Under the pieces are notes generated by a model. The model worked only from the letters and a program-made list of their open reading frames with translations, did not search any database and had not been told where the DNA came from. A DNA stretch of 63,404 bases, filler included, from Saprolegnia diclina VS20 (Eukaryota), in NCBI RefSeq assembly GCF_000281045.1. It is 12 parts of 7 records of this genome, joined end to end, with 100 filler letters (N's around TTAATTAATTAA, not from the genome) between each part and the next. Parts side by side here need not be neighbours in the genome. Positions count along the whole stretch, not along the records: positions 1 to 4,667 come from NW_008246201.1; positions 4,768 to 11,867 come from NW_008246202.1; 10 more parts are not named here. One strand, written 5' to 3'. Position numbers and translations under genes: made by a program. Position 1 is the first letter of the stretch. Each line of letters starts with the position of its first letter. Shown in pieces: positions 1 to 10,288 of the stretch.

Positions 1-143
1 GGAGTAGCAAAAATGATCCACCACTAGACACATTGTCTAATCTAACATCACGAATGTCGCACAATAGACAGGCCCATCGCATTCAAAAAGAGGACAATTA
101 ATACACGAGTTATACACACGACATGGATACTGATGTGCGACGC

Positions 144-1733
144 TTAGTAGCTGCCGTCGTCGCTTTGTGAGCCCGTGTCGTCGTCATCGTGCGCTGACGA
201 CGACGTGTCACGGACGCACTGCGAATAGTGGGGGTTCATGACCTTGCACGTGTACCCGCCGCTGCAGGTGGTGACGCCGGCGTAGTTAATGCCGCCGCAG
301 CGGCCGTACGGCGCCACTTCACTGGTCGACGCGGCCACGGGGCGGCACTGGGAGTAGTACTCGTTGATGAACTCGCACTTGCAGCCGTCAATACACGCCG
401 TGGAGCCGTGGTAGCTCTTGCCACCGCACTGCTCCCACTCGTTGACGCTGGTGCCGGGCTTGGTCGTCGGGCGGAAGGTCGGCTTCTTGGTGGGCTTGGT
501 CGTCGGGCGGAAGGTCGGCTTCTTGGTGGGCTTGGTCGTCGGGTGGTGCGTCGACGACGAGGGCTGCGGCGTCGGGTACGCCGTAGAAGGTGTCGGGGCG
601 TCAGTCGACGGCTTCGGGGCATCGGTCGACGGCTTCGGGGCATCGGTCGACGGCGTCGGGGCATCGGTCGACGGCGTCGGGGCATCAGTGGGGGCCGGCG
701 TTGAGGGCTTGGGCGCGTCCGTCGGGGACACTGTCGGAGCGGCGGTAGGGCTGGCCGTCGACGGGCTCGGCGATGGCGCCGGTTGGGTCGAAGGCGACGG
801 CGCTTCTCCGATCTTGGGGAGCCCATGGGCTACGAAATAGCTCTGGTCCCAAAGACGCTGGAAGCCGTCGGGGAAGAATTGACCGGCGCCGGGGCCAACG
901 CTCGAGTCGGACGACTGGCCGTAGCACTGGCCGTCCGACTCACCGGGCACCTTGAGCCAGAGGAGGTAGTCGACCACCTTGCTGCCCGTGTTGTCTGTCG
1001 GTGGTGCGCCAATACCGGCTGACTTGGCATTGCACCACTCGTTCTGCGGCGACCCGTTGTGGTTGCGCGACGTGTCGATGATGCAGTGGAGGCCGCCGGT
1101 CTGGCTCGAGTACGTCTCGCAGAGCTGGTTCATTTCGCCTGTGCTCTTATAGTTAGACGTGTTGATCGCGATACCCGTGAGCTTCTGGAAGCCCTTGAGG
1201 ATCGCAACCGCCTTGCCTTGGTTGGCCCACCCGGCCACGTCGGCGTAGATCTGCGCGTTGCTGTTGGCGGCAAGCGCGTGGATGGCCACTTGGAGGTTGG
1301 CGGCGTACCCGTTCTGCGCCGCGCAGTCCTTGTTGGCAAGAAGACCAATGGCATCCGGCTCCAGAATGTAGATGACCTTGCGGCTGCCGACCTTGGTCGT
1401 GAGCTTCTCGAGCCACGCCTTGTACTGGTCGGTGTTGGTGTTGCTGCCACCGCCCGAGTAGCCCGCATCGCAGTCCTTCCCAGGCAGACCATAGACGATG
1501 ATGACGGGCGTGTCCGTTGGGCAAGCGGCAATGAGCGCGTCGATCGAGTCGCCGCCGCGGTCCGTATACCACGTGGCGACCGGGTACTTCTTGAGCTCGT
1601 TGATGGCCGGAGCAAACTTGGCGTCGGTTTGCACCGCGACTTGGTACGAGTAGGGCGCGACGCCGGCGCAGATGGCGGCCGACGCGAGGTTGGCCAAGCT
1701 ACTCGAGAGTGCGAAGAGGGACGCAATCTTCAT
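144..1733 (-). CDS. Secreted glycoside hydrolase family 6 cellulase with Pro/Thr linker and two C-terminal CBM1 domains
   Basis: Starts at MKIASLFALSSSLA (signal peptide). GH6 motifs: IIVYGLPGKDC, YILEPDA, IIDTSRN, EWCN, LWLKVPGESDG. PST-rich linker, then two CBM1 units (WEQCGG...YYSQC; YGRCGG...HYSQC). Single exon. Confidence 0.95.
   Translation of the reverse strand: MKIASLFALSSSLANLASAAICAGVAPYSYQVAVQTDAKFAPAINELKKYPVATWYTDRGGDSIDALIAACPTDTPVIIVYGLPGKDCDAGYSGGGSNTNTDQYKAWLEKLTTKVGSRKVIYILEPDAIGLLANKDCAAQNGYAANLQVAIHALAANSNAQIYADVAGWANQGKAVAILKGFQKLTGIAINTSNYKSTGEMNQLCETYSSQTGGLHCIIDTSRNHNGSPQNEWCNAKSAGIGAPPTDNTGSKVVDYLLWLKVPGESDGQCYGQSSDSSVGPGAGQFFPDGFQRLWDQSYFVAHGLPKIGEAPSPSTQPAPSPSPSTASPTAAPTVSPTDAPKPSTPAPTDAPTPSTDAPTPSTDAPKPSTDAPKPSTDAPTPSTAYPTPQPSSSTHHPTTKPTKKPTFRPTTKPTKKPTFRPTTKPGTSVNEWEQCGGKSYHGSTACIDGCKCEFINEYYSQCRPVAASTSEVAPYGRCGGINYAGVTTCSGGYTCKVMNPHYSQCVRDTSSSAHDDDDTGSQSDDGSY
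456..690 (-). repeat. Coding tandem repeats in the GH6 linker (36-nt PTTKPTKKPTFR units and 21-nt PSTDAP[T/K] units)
   Basis: Repeated gggcttggtcgtcgggcggaaggtcggcttcttggt and ggggcatcggtcgacggc(t/g)tc are directly visible. Confidence 0.9.
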
Positions 1734-1746
1734 GGTAGATAGATAG

Positions 1747-1765
1747 GGAAAAAGGAAAAGTGAGC
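1747..1765 (-). promoter_or_regulatory. Oomycete Inr/FPR-like core promoter of the GH6 gene
   Basis: GCTCACTTTTCCTTTTTCC on the minus strand just upstream of the ATG. The same 18-mer precedes the ADH ATG (36493-36510). Confidence 0.6.
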
Positions 1766-3169
1766 ACCGAGACGCTCCTGGCCGTGGACGACACAACATA
1801 TGGCACATGGTAAGTGTCGCTGCGGCGTCTGTGCGCACTTCGCCAGTGCCAGCTGGTGTCGTCTTATCTCACACGTCAACGCATCGATGCTGCGCGGGGC
1901 GTCAACCAAAAACCCACAGAAGCACGACAAAGAAGAGCCAGCACCACACCAATGACCTGGTCTCCTCCATCCTCGGGCGTTTCATGCATATAGATAGGAA
2001 CGTCCACTGGTCACGCCCATGTCCTCGCACAGCTGTGAAACAAGCTCGATCATTCTTACTACAGCATCGGCAAGTGGAATCGAGTGGCTTGGACGATGAC
2101 AACGATGTACCAGTGAATAGAAATCAAGGCGCGAGTCGGTAGTACCGACACGCGCCAACCGACAACGCATGGACGCCGTCGATACCTGCTTGTCCGCACG
2201 AAGCCATATGCACGCGTCACGCGTTCGATCCTTCGACTAACAACATTACTGCAACCGCCTACAATTGCGTGGCGACTTCACCGTTCTCTTCGTGGACGAG
2301 TAGCTGCGCTGTCGTCACCCAACACGCATGACTCGGCCACGCACTGGCTGTAGCATCGGTCGATCGTGTCTTTTTCAATCGACTTTTTTGCGCGAATCGT
2401 GACTTCAAGTCCGCTGCTCGCTTGCGACGCAAATTCGACTGTGAATTTAGTTTCGGTTTACGTTGCCCGAAGCAACTTTGAATGCTTTCGTATCCGCGAA
2501 GTCGTTGGCCGACGGCGATAGCTCACTTTTGTAGATACACTACCCCGACGTGTCCTCGTCCCACGTCGGTGTCACACCCGACGGTGAAGGTTACCAGCGG
2601 TCGACCGACCGAGCATCTCGCGGCCGATGATGAACAGGAGGGAAATGTGCACCGGACTGTGTTTACTACCCGAAATAGCGACCTGACCGTGGTGGCTGGC
2701 ACCGCAGTACCATATGGCACGACACAGCCAAAAGTCGTTCCTTTTATGCGTCCCTAGTCGACAGAGAAGCGCTCGAGGCATCTCTACCGCGACGAAGTGA
2801 CTTGATCAGGAAACGTCGACGCATTACAGCCGTTGATGGCAAAACATCTGGTTTGAAAGAGCAATCTTTCGAACACCACCCGCACCTTCGGATCAGCCGT
2901 GCACTGGACGTGCCGAGTGCGTTTGTTTCGGAGCGTTTCTACTAGCGAGGATGGTGCGCTGGGATGGCGCCGTGAGCAATGTCGTCGGTGTGGGGCATTC
3001 GCACTGCGTTTCGTTTGTTTGTGTATGTACCCCGCGCCGCCGCCTGCGCAGCCACGGCCCGGCGAGCGAATGAAGAAGGAGATTGCTAGACTCTACGTAT
3101 GTGAAATCTTTACAAAATTAAAGATAACGCGAAACACGTTCATACATATATATGTGTGTACCTTTTGTC

Positions 3170-3218
3170 GAGGACGCTATCCTAGACTTGCAAATTGCAA
3201 GTCTAGGATTGCGTCCTC
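3170..3218. repeat. Near-perfect 49-bp palindrome (24-bp arms, 1-nt spacer, one mismatch)
   Basis: gaggacgctatcctagacttgcaa-a-ttgcaagtctaggattgcgtcctc. Confidence 0.9.
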
Positions 3219-4147
3219 AATTGCACTCGCGAGTACTATGTACGGTACGAAAACACACATGTACTGTATGTGTACGTAGAGTGTCCAACTACCTTCACCA
3301 CTGCGTCCACACGGGCGGTGTCTGAGAGCTCTCAGCCTCAGCTCCATCTTCGACTATAATTTCGCTACCAAGCGTAGTGTATCTGACGTGTCTGTTCCTC
3401 ACTACTTGAGTACTAGTATACTGTACTCTCCGCGCTGCTAGAAGTCGATACAAGGGCGTCCGAATGCATCCGATGTACCGATATCCAAACTCTAGGCAGT
3501 ATCGGTTGTATTGGTCCGAGAAAACAACTTCATCGAGTAGAGAGATCCAGAGCATTCAAGTGAGGTTATCCTAATTCGCACTTTGCCGTCGCCTCAAGAA
3601 GATGGACACCATCGGCTTCCTTCTTAATCCAGCGACCCATGGGCGTGAACCGCCACGAACTTCACAAGCCGCTTGGCCGCGCTTCCTCTCATTTCAAAGC
3701 TGTCGCCTCGAGGAGCAGACTCCAATCCATCACACTCCCAAGCAATTTTTGATTCTAAGGCTAGACAATATCGTCATTTCTTCCACAAAAACGGTCGTTT
3801 TATGCCTTGTTCCATGGTTCTTGTCTTCAAAAGGCCGTCTGCGTTCACTGTTGACAGGAGTTGTTGCCTCGAGGCCTCGGTACGCCACGCATACCGTATC
3901 GCTTTGTGCTGTAAGCATGGCAACTGGGCATGTGTAGTCACAGCACGTTCGAACCACAGGATGCGCCAAACACATGTCGTCCAGCGGTTACACAAGTCCA
4001 TTTGCTGGCGATGTTCAGAGCACAACGGTGATCGCCACCGGATCGTCTTTACATGCAAAGCGATATACATGGATCCAGGCAAACAAGCCAGCGATTATCC
4101 TCCTGAATCATAAACGGTTCATTCTGTCTTTTTCCCGCATTCCCAAC

Positions 4148-4667
4148 ATGCAACTCGTCGTGTCGGTCGTGCTCACAGTTCTCTCGGCCGTCGCCGTGCG
4201 CGATACGATGGCTCATGGCCACTTGGTCGCGCCGCCCGTTCAGTTTGTCGATCCCAACAGCGACCCGACGCGCTTCTGTGCCACCCTCGACGGCCCATCA
4301 TTGCTGCCTGGTGACACGTACAACAAGAGCCCCGGCGACAACACGGCCGCGTTCACAACGCACTTCAAGGCCAGTCGCTTCAAGACTCTGAAAGACCTCA
4401 TCGAGTCGCAGCCGTCGGGCGGCGAGTGCGGCATCACCAAGCTCGACCCGTCCAAACCCCAAGCGCTCCCGAGTGTCGTCCGATGGCGCCACGGCGACAA
4501 CGAAGGCTTTACGCCGTCGCACGAGGTACTTGCTTTGTGTGGTGGTTAGCAGCGCCTTCTGATCGGTGATTAGGGTCCGTGCGAGCTTTGGTGCGACAAC
4601 ACGCGCGTGTACGACAACGAAAACTGCGCCAAGAACATCGCCGATGGCTCGATGCCCATCGACACGG
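4148..4667 (+). CDS. Secreted AA17-family lytic polysaccharide monooxygenase, 3' end lost at contig end; intron 4526-4573
   Basis: Signal peptide followed by mature N-terminal His (A|HGHLVAPP). Splicing at GT 4526 / AG 4573 gives EGFTPSHEGPCELWCD, the characteristic oomycete AA17 motif. Confidence 0.85.
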
Positions 4668-4767
4668 NNNNNNNNNNNNNNNNNNNNNNNNNNNNNNNNN
4701 NNNNNNNNNNNTTAATTAATTAANNNNNNNNNNNNNNNNNNNNNNNNNNNNNNNNNNNNNNNNNNNN
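4668..4767. other. Artificial contig linker N-TTAATTAATTAA-N (stops in all six frames); also at about 11868, 13324, 40506, 42256, 51447, 54576, 55861, 57173, 59794 and 61892
   Basis: The identical 12-mer sits inside N runs at 11 positions. Confidence 0.98.
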
Positions 4768-4841
4768 AGGCATTGGCTGCTCGATATTTAGAGAATAGGC
4801 ATTGGCTTGTCCATATTTTGAGACCAGGCATTGGCTGATTG
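4768..4841. repeat. Degenerate 29-bp tandem repeat with AGGCATTGGCT core
   Basis: AGGCATTGGCT at 4768, 4797 and 4826. ATATTT.GAGA is also shared by the first two units. Confidence 0.8.
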
Positions 4842-5118
4842 CCAAAAAGAGCTGCCCAAGGTGGGCGGGCATACAAATTGCAAGTCATGCCTATTGGAGT
4901 CAAAAGGTACACTTGAATTTTGTATGTGCGATGAAATGGAGCTTGAATCGCGATGGTACCACTGCCAGTGGGACGCCCGCGACAACGAAGCGGCCATTGA
5001 TCGCGCCTTTCGAGCGTCGAACTTCCCTCTTCCTTTTTCCTTCTCCTCTTCGATTTTAAAAGGCACAAAGTGTTAACTCCCCACATCCTAAAGGGTACTC
5101 GCCATGACATGAGTAGCG

Positions 5119-6114
5119 CTAGTTATTGTTAGACGCTTCGTCGTCGTTGTCATTGTCGTCATTGTCGGGGTTGTCGTCTTCCTTGTCATTGTCATCCGAG
5201 CTATCGGAGCTGTCCGAGCTGTCCGAGTCGTTGTTGGCGTCGTTGCCGGCATCGTTGTTGGGACTGGCGTTAACGTCGGCGAGGGACTCTACTCGGAGAC
5301 GAGCGGCACTGTCGAGCGCAGCTTGTTGGACCGCCAAATGGTGATCAAGGCGATCAAAGACCTTCGTCAATGATGCGGCGAGTTCCTTCTTTACTGCAAG
5401 CTCTTCAATCGCGCGCCGCTCGGCCAAGACGAGAGGCGCCATAAGGTGGCGATGAAGATTTGCCGTCGGCGACGACCCTGCCAAGCCCTTGAGCACTCGG
5501 TTGCGCTCGAGGCGCAATCGCATCAATGTAAAGAGCGGGGTAGCGAGGTTCTCCGCCCGCGCAAAGCCCAAGACGGTGTAAAGTTGCTCGGCGCCGACCA
5601 AGTGAATCGTATCCGGGCAGTCGGGGCCGCGGACGAGCTGTTGCTTTGAGACGTAGGTGGCGCTCTGGCCCAGCTCAAGCAGGTGATGATAGTCACTCAC
5701 CATCACTGTCTTGACGTTGAACGTCCGGTCCGGTGCGTGGAACTTCACGACGTGGTGCCCGTACCTCACGATGTCGCGCGACACGACCGTACGCGACACG
5801 GACGACGCGTCGATGAGGAAGCTCGTGTGCTCCTCGGCGATTTCCGGCGTCCGGACCAGCGCGTCGTACAGCTCCTGGAGGAGCTCGGTCGGAGAAACGA
5901 CGGGGTCGAAATTCACGGGGTCCTCGTACAAGTTGAGGAAGGCGCGGCGGCCATGGCGCTGCACATGAGCTTCTTCGATGATCCTTCGAAGCGCACCGAC
6001 GTCCAGGCAGAGGCTGCGGCTTGCGTGCCGCGGTGGGGGGATCACGTGGTCTTCAAGCTGCACCTCCATGGGCTGGGCACGATCAACCCAAATCGAAAAT
6101 GTGCTCCAGTGCAC
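5119..6114 (-). CDS. Hypothetical protein with acidic D/N/S tail; 5' end uncertain, possibly a pseudogene
   Basis: 331-codon frame with coding-like codon usage. The same frame upstream is interrupted by TGA at 6142-6144 and 6196-6198. No domain recognised. Confidence 0.45.
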   Translation of the reverse strand: MHWSTFSIWVDRAQPMEVQLEDHVIPPPRHASRSLCLDVGALRRIIEEAHVQRHGRRAFLNLYEDPVNFDPVVSPTELLQELYDALVRTPEIAEEHTSFLIDASSVSRTVVSRDIVRYGHHVVKFHAPDRTFNVKTVMVSDYHHLLELGQSATYVSKQQLVRGPDCPDTIHLVGAEQLYTVLGFARAENLATPLFTLMRLRLERNRVLKGLAGSSPTANLHRHLMAPLVLAERRAIEELAVKKELAASLTKVFDRLDHHLAVQQAALDSAARLRVESLADVNASPNNDAGNDANNDSDSSDSSDSSDDNDKEDDNPDNDDNDNDDEASNNN

Positions 6115-7278
6115 GTGGCGGTCCCAGCCGTATGGTGTAGCTCAACGACTCTGCGGCTTGAGCCAGGTAACCTTACGTACATATCCAGCGCTCGATCAAA
6201 GCGCTTGCCACGATCGCAAAACCTTCTCGAACGACAGTCCGAGTGCCACACGACCATGTGCCACCGCGTCGGCAGTAGCGTGAGTGAAGGTCTTGTGCCG
6301 CTTGGTTCCTAAGAGTGTGTGCTACCCATTGTGATTGGTCGAAAATGAACAAAGATCCAACGAAAAGCGTATCTTTATGAACACCGTCTTTACCAGAATC
6401 TTGCTTTGCTTGGATCTCGCACTGCCACGTCACGGACGACGTGCGGTCGAATGCCGTTCGCTGCCACCAAGTGGTTTGGAGGTCGGGAGGAACAGGTTCA
6501 TGGACGATACTCACATGCTCGCAGTTGTTGCATTCAGTGATGACGAGGGTGGCTCGCCTTCCGACCAGCTTTGAAGAACCGCTTCTGTGATCTGCGACTG
6601 CGGCGCAATGTACTTCAACGTACGGGACGACGTGGCAGCCGCGTGGCATCGACCTTGAAGCTGCCTACAGCGAAGCTGGGGTCCTCGACCCAACCCCACC
6701 AGTTCCATTGTCTACGCTAGAGTACACCGTGGTAGAGTCGAAACCTAGCAAGAACCTGCGCCAATGAATTTGAAGTGATGTACTAACTAAGCTTACTATG
6801 ACACTGAACACGATGCGACGATGCGACTATCTGCCCAACTGTCCTGATGCCTACGTGGTTGTGGTCAGCGACCGTCCAGCAGATATACTCCGTGACGTGG
6901 CACTGTCAGATCAAGAGACAGCAGCAAGGCCATCACTTCCCCATCGTTCGTACCACATTTTGTGTGGCGACAGATCCCAATGTCGTCGGCAGCGTCACAA
7001 TCCTAGTACGTAGCTATCCGTGATGTTGAAGCTGCGGGTCAAGGAGTCCCGTGGAGAGGGTGATCGTCGAAGCTTCGCTTCGTCCAGAACGAGTACCGCG
7101 CCGAACTCGACGTTGCCCGCGACGAGCTCCGGGTGCTCAAAGAGATCAATGCAGAAATCGACATCTTGGTCGACGCCCGACGTCACTCCCACCCTCATCC
7201 GAGAAGCGTGGCGCAAACTTGAGTTTCGTCGTCTCAGAAGCGCTTCAATGCATTTCACTTTTGTGTTTGACTCCAGTG

Positions 7279-7294
7279 CCTCATTCCTCAACAT
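7279..7294 (+). promoter_or_regulatory. Inr/FPR-like core promoter upstream of the elicitin-like gene
   Basis: CCTCATTCCTCAACAT resembles the oomycete TCATTYYNCAWTT consensus, about 70 nt before ATG 7364. Confidence 0.5.
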
Positions 7295-7363
7295 AGTAAA
7301 TGCGCCCTGCAGATTCAGTCGAATGGTTTTGGCGCCTATTCTTAGCCGATTTCGCTCCGCCTT

Positions 7364-7764
7364 ATGGTGTCGAGGTCGCTGCGCCTTGCTGCGGCAGGCG
7401 CGAGCGTCGCTCTCGCCCAAGACAACGCAGCGTATTGCACTGATGCGACGCTGTTGCAGGTGCATCTGCCGCTCTGCCGCAGCGTCAACCTGCCCGCGTG
7501 TAGCCTCGCATCGGGCTACGCGTTTGGTGCGAACAGCGGTACGCGACCATCTCGACTCGATCGGTACCGAGCGTTCTTCTAGAGTTTCCCAGCCAGCACC
7601 AGTGGAGCGTCCTCTGTCAGCACGAAAGCTGCCAGACGCTCTTCCTCGAGCTGCGCCAGATCCAGTTTCCAGTCGCGTGCCGGTACTTTGGCGTCGACAA
7701 CCCCAAAGTCGACTTTGTCGGCAACTACTTTGGCTCGCTCTGCGCGCCCTTTCACTACAATTGA
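7364..7764 (+). CDS. Secreted elicitin-like (ELL) protein; exons 7364-7538 and 7583-7764
   Basis: Signal-like N-terminus. Removing a 44-nt GT-AG intron gives Cys spacing C-20-C-23-C-4-C-15-C-20-C, with ACSLASGY and LCQHESC matching the elicitin fold pattern. Confidence 0.8.
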
Positions 7765-7809
7765 CGATGTCAACGTCTTGCTGTAATCTATCAAGTTGAT
7801 GTTTTCTTC

Positions 7810-9916
7810 CTATTGGGGCAGGCCAAAGTAGAGTTTGGCGTCTTCGCGCGGCGCAAGGGCTTGAATGGCCACGTGCGACACGTTGAGCTTCTTGGCGTCG
7901 ACAACGGACGCGTCATACGAGCCAATGACGCGGACGACATCACCTGCTCCTCGTGGTGAGAGATCTAAGTGAAGATCGAGTGCGCGAACCTGCACGCAAG
8001 TGGCGGACGAGGCACTGCGGGATCGAGTACTGGCCCTGGACGAGCTCCATCTTGTTGAGGACAATCTGGACCATCTCGCCAAGAGGCGTTTTCATGTCCG
8101 CGAACGTCAGGTGCTTGTGCTTGATGCGCAGGCGGAGGAGCTCGCCCGTGAGCTACATTTTGTAAAGAAACTGTCTTGAAAGAAGAGGTACCTCGACCGC
8201 GCCAGGAAGCAGAGGACCGTGGGTGCCATAGACAGTGCTGATATCGCGCGAGACGGCGTCAATGGACGGGTAGTCCTGCGACGTGTCCTTGGCGGCCCTG
8301 CGTGTTTCGTCAACGACGATGTATGTACCAGCAAGTGCCTACCGCATCCAGCCACAGAGCGCGAGCGACGCATGGTTTTCGAGCTTGAACCACTCAAACT
8401 GCCAGCCCAAAGACGCACTAGGGGGTAATCAGACGCGCATTTCGTCCGCAGCGTCGGACGTAAAACGTACTGGGTAAAGTACGCGGCGCCCTTGAGCTTG
8501 CGTCGGGGCGTAAGCGAGATAAAGCCGGCGTGGGCGTAGCGAGCGTCGACGCGCGACGACGCATATTGGCACACGGTCTGCACGAACGCCGACGCTTGAC
8601 GCGACTCGATGCTGAAGAGCAGCTCGTGGAGCACACCAACATCGACGACGACGTCAAAGACTGCGTCGTCCTTGGCGACCGCACGGACGTCGAGGTGCAG
8701 CGTCGGGTACGTCGACTGCAAGTGCGACGCGAACGTACCGGCGTTGTCGCCGAGGAGGCCCACGCGGCACTGGGGCAAGAGAAACCTATACGCGCCGTCG
8801 CCCCTTGCTTTAACTAAAAGCCGAGTCGTACCGCTGCAGGAGGGTTGTGGCCGGCGCCAAGACATCGAAGATGGCCTCGAGTGACGCAGACGACGCGAGG
8901 ACCTTGTCAATGTATGCGTCTTCGGGTCTCGCTTCGAGCACCGGCGTCACGTACGTCTTGACGACGCAGCCCTTCATGGCCTGCGCCGACGGGTTGACAT
9001 CCACCGAGGCGACGTTGGCCGAGCGATCGCCGACCCAGAGCCGCAACTAGAGAACCAGCGTACCATGGAGCTACGAAGCAGACGTCCATCTCTCTACCTC
9101 GCGGTGGTCGGAGAGGATGCTGAAATCGTCAAACACAATGTCGGGCGGTCTACAAGGCATGAGAGAAGGACCACGCGATATAGTGCCTACCGCTGGAAGA
9201 GCACTTCTTGTTGGCCATACCAGTTGCAGCTAGTTCAAGTCACGATGAGAAGATGCAGCGGAATATGGGCTAGCGTACCAGGGCAAGGTCACGACGCCGA
9301 CGATGGACTCGGCCTCGATGGACGAGAGCGCCTGGTCGAGCGTCACGTGGGCATGCACGAGAAGCACGATTGCGCGCCGGAGCTTGATGCGAATGTCTTC
9401 GATCTTGGCGCGGATGGGCACGACCTGCTGGATGCCCTCCCAGGGCACTGGCGCGTCCGGCGTCGAGAGACGCATCTCGGGGTCCACGCTGTAGCACGTC
9501 CAGCCCTTGGTGCGGTACGCAAACATGACGGCCGTTCGCGCTATATGCCATGAGCTTCCGGGAAGACGATGGGAAGAAGGCTTGTACGGGTCGAGCCATC
9601 GCCGACGACGACGATGCCATCTTCGGCCGGGTTGCCTTCGTCAATGTCGAGGAAGCGGCGCGTGGCGTTGAAGAGTCCCATGCTCTAATGCACCCAGTAG
9701 GATCATCGTCCTCACGAGATGCACTCGTACCTCAGTCACCTCCTTGGCGTCCGGGAAGATGCCCATCTGCAGAAGGTTCGGGGCGCACTGGAGCTTCCCG
9801 ACGAACTCGTTCATGTAGCGCAGCGACGTGGGCGCATGGCCCTCCGACTCGGTCGGCAGCACCCAGTTGGACTTGGAGAGATGGCGGTTGTCCGTCGACG
9901 TCTTCCCCGACAGCAT
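7810..9916 (-). CDS. Multi-exon protein: SAM-methyltransferase-like domain, second degenerate MTase-like domain, C-terminal OB-fold
   Basis: Manual splicing gives FPDAKEVTESMG...VVVGDGSTPRTAVMF...CYSVDP...LVHAH...TLPCC, then FDVVVDVGVLHEL, then LTGELLRLRIKHKHLTFADM...VQIVL...LRAGDVVRVIG. Some of the ~9-10 intron boundaries are approximate. Confidence 0.65.
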
Positions 9917-10288
9917 CTTCTTGCTCCACCCGGCAATATAAAATGACAGAGACCTACGTTTTACCGCCGTATTTGATATTCAATATATCGCGTTTAAGAG
10001 GATATCAATAGCGGCAGAGTTGAAGCTACCAGAATCGACGCCGTCAACAGCTCTGGCGACCTTCGTCTTGACGGTGTGGTGAGGGCCGCGCGCAGGTGCT
10101 TCTGGCGCCGCTGCCGTCGGAAGACGTGGCCGCGCGGTATAGTACCAGGTAGTACCGCCGAACGCCGGTGTTTTATTTTCGGCACATGCCGAACGGGACC
10201 ACACCACCCAAGCTCGCGGGTTGAGTCGCGTGCATTGATTGGCTGGATTCGAATTGGCCTTTTGGTTGGTGAGCCAAATCCGGTTCTT

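Noticed and set aside
3482..3495. 14-nt match TATCCAAACTCTAG with the SPPL intron (34401-34414, minus strand)
   Set aside because: Several 14-mer matches are expected by chance in a window this size.
4712..4723. Recurring TTAATTAATTAA palindrome as a biological repeat or CRISPR-like element
   Set aside because: It is always embedded in N runs; this is a standard six-frame-stop contig linker.
4768..4841. Repeat-spacer pattern as a CRISPR array
   Set aside because: The core is only 11 bp, the spacers resemble each other, there are no cas genes, and the context is eukaryotic.
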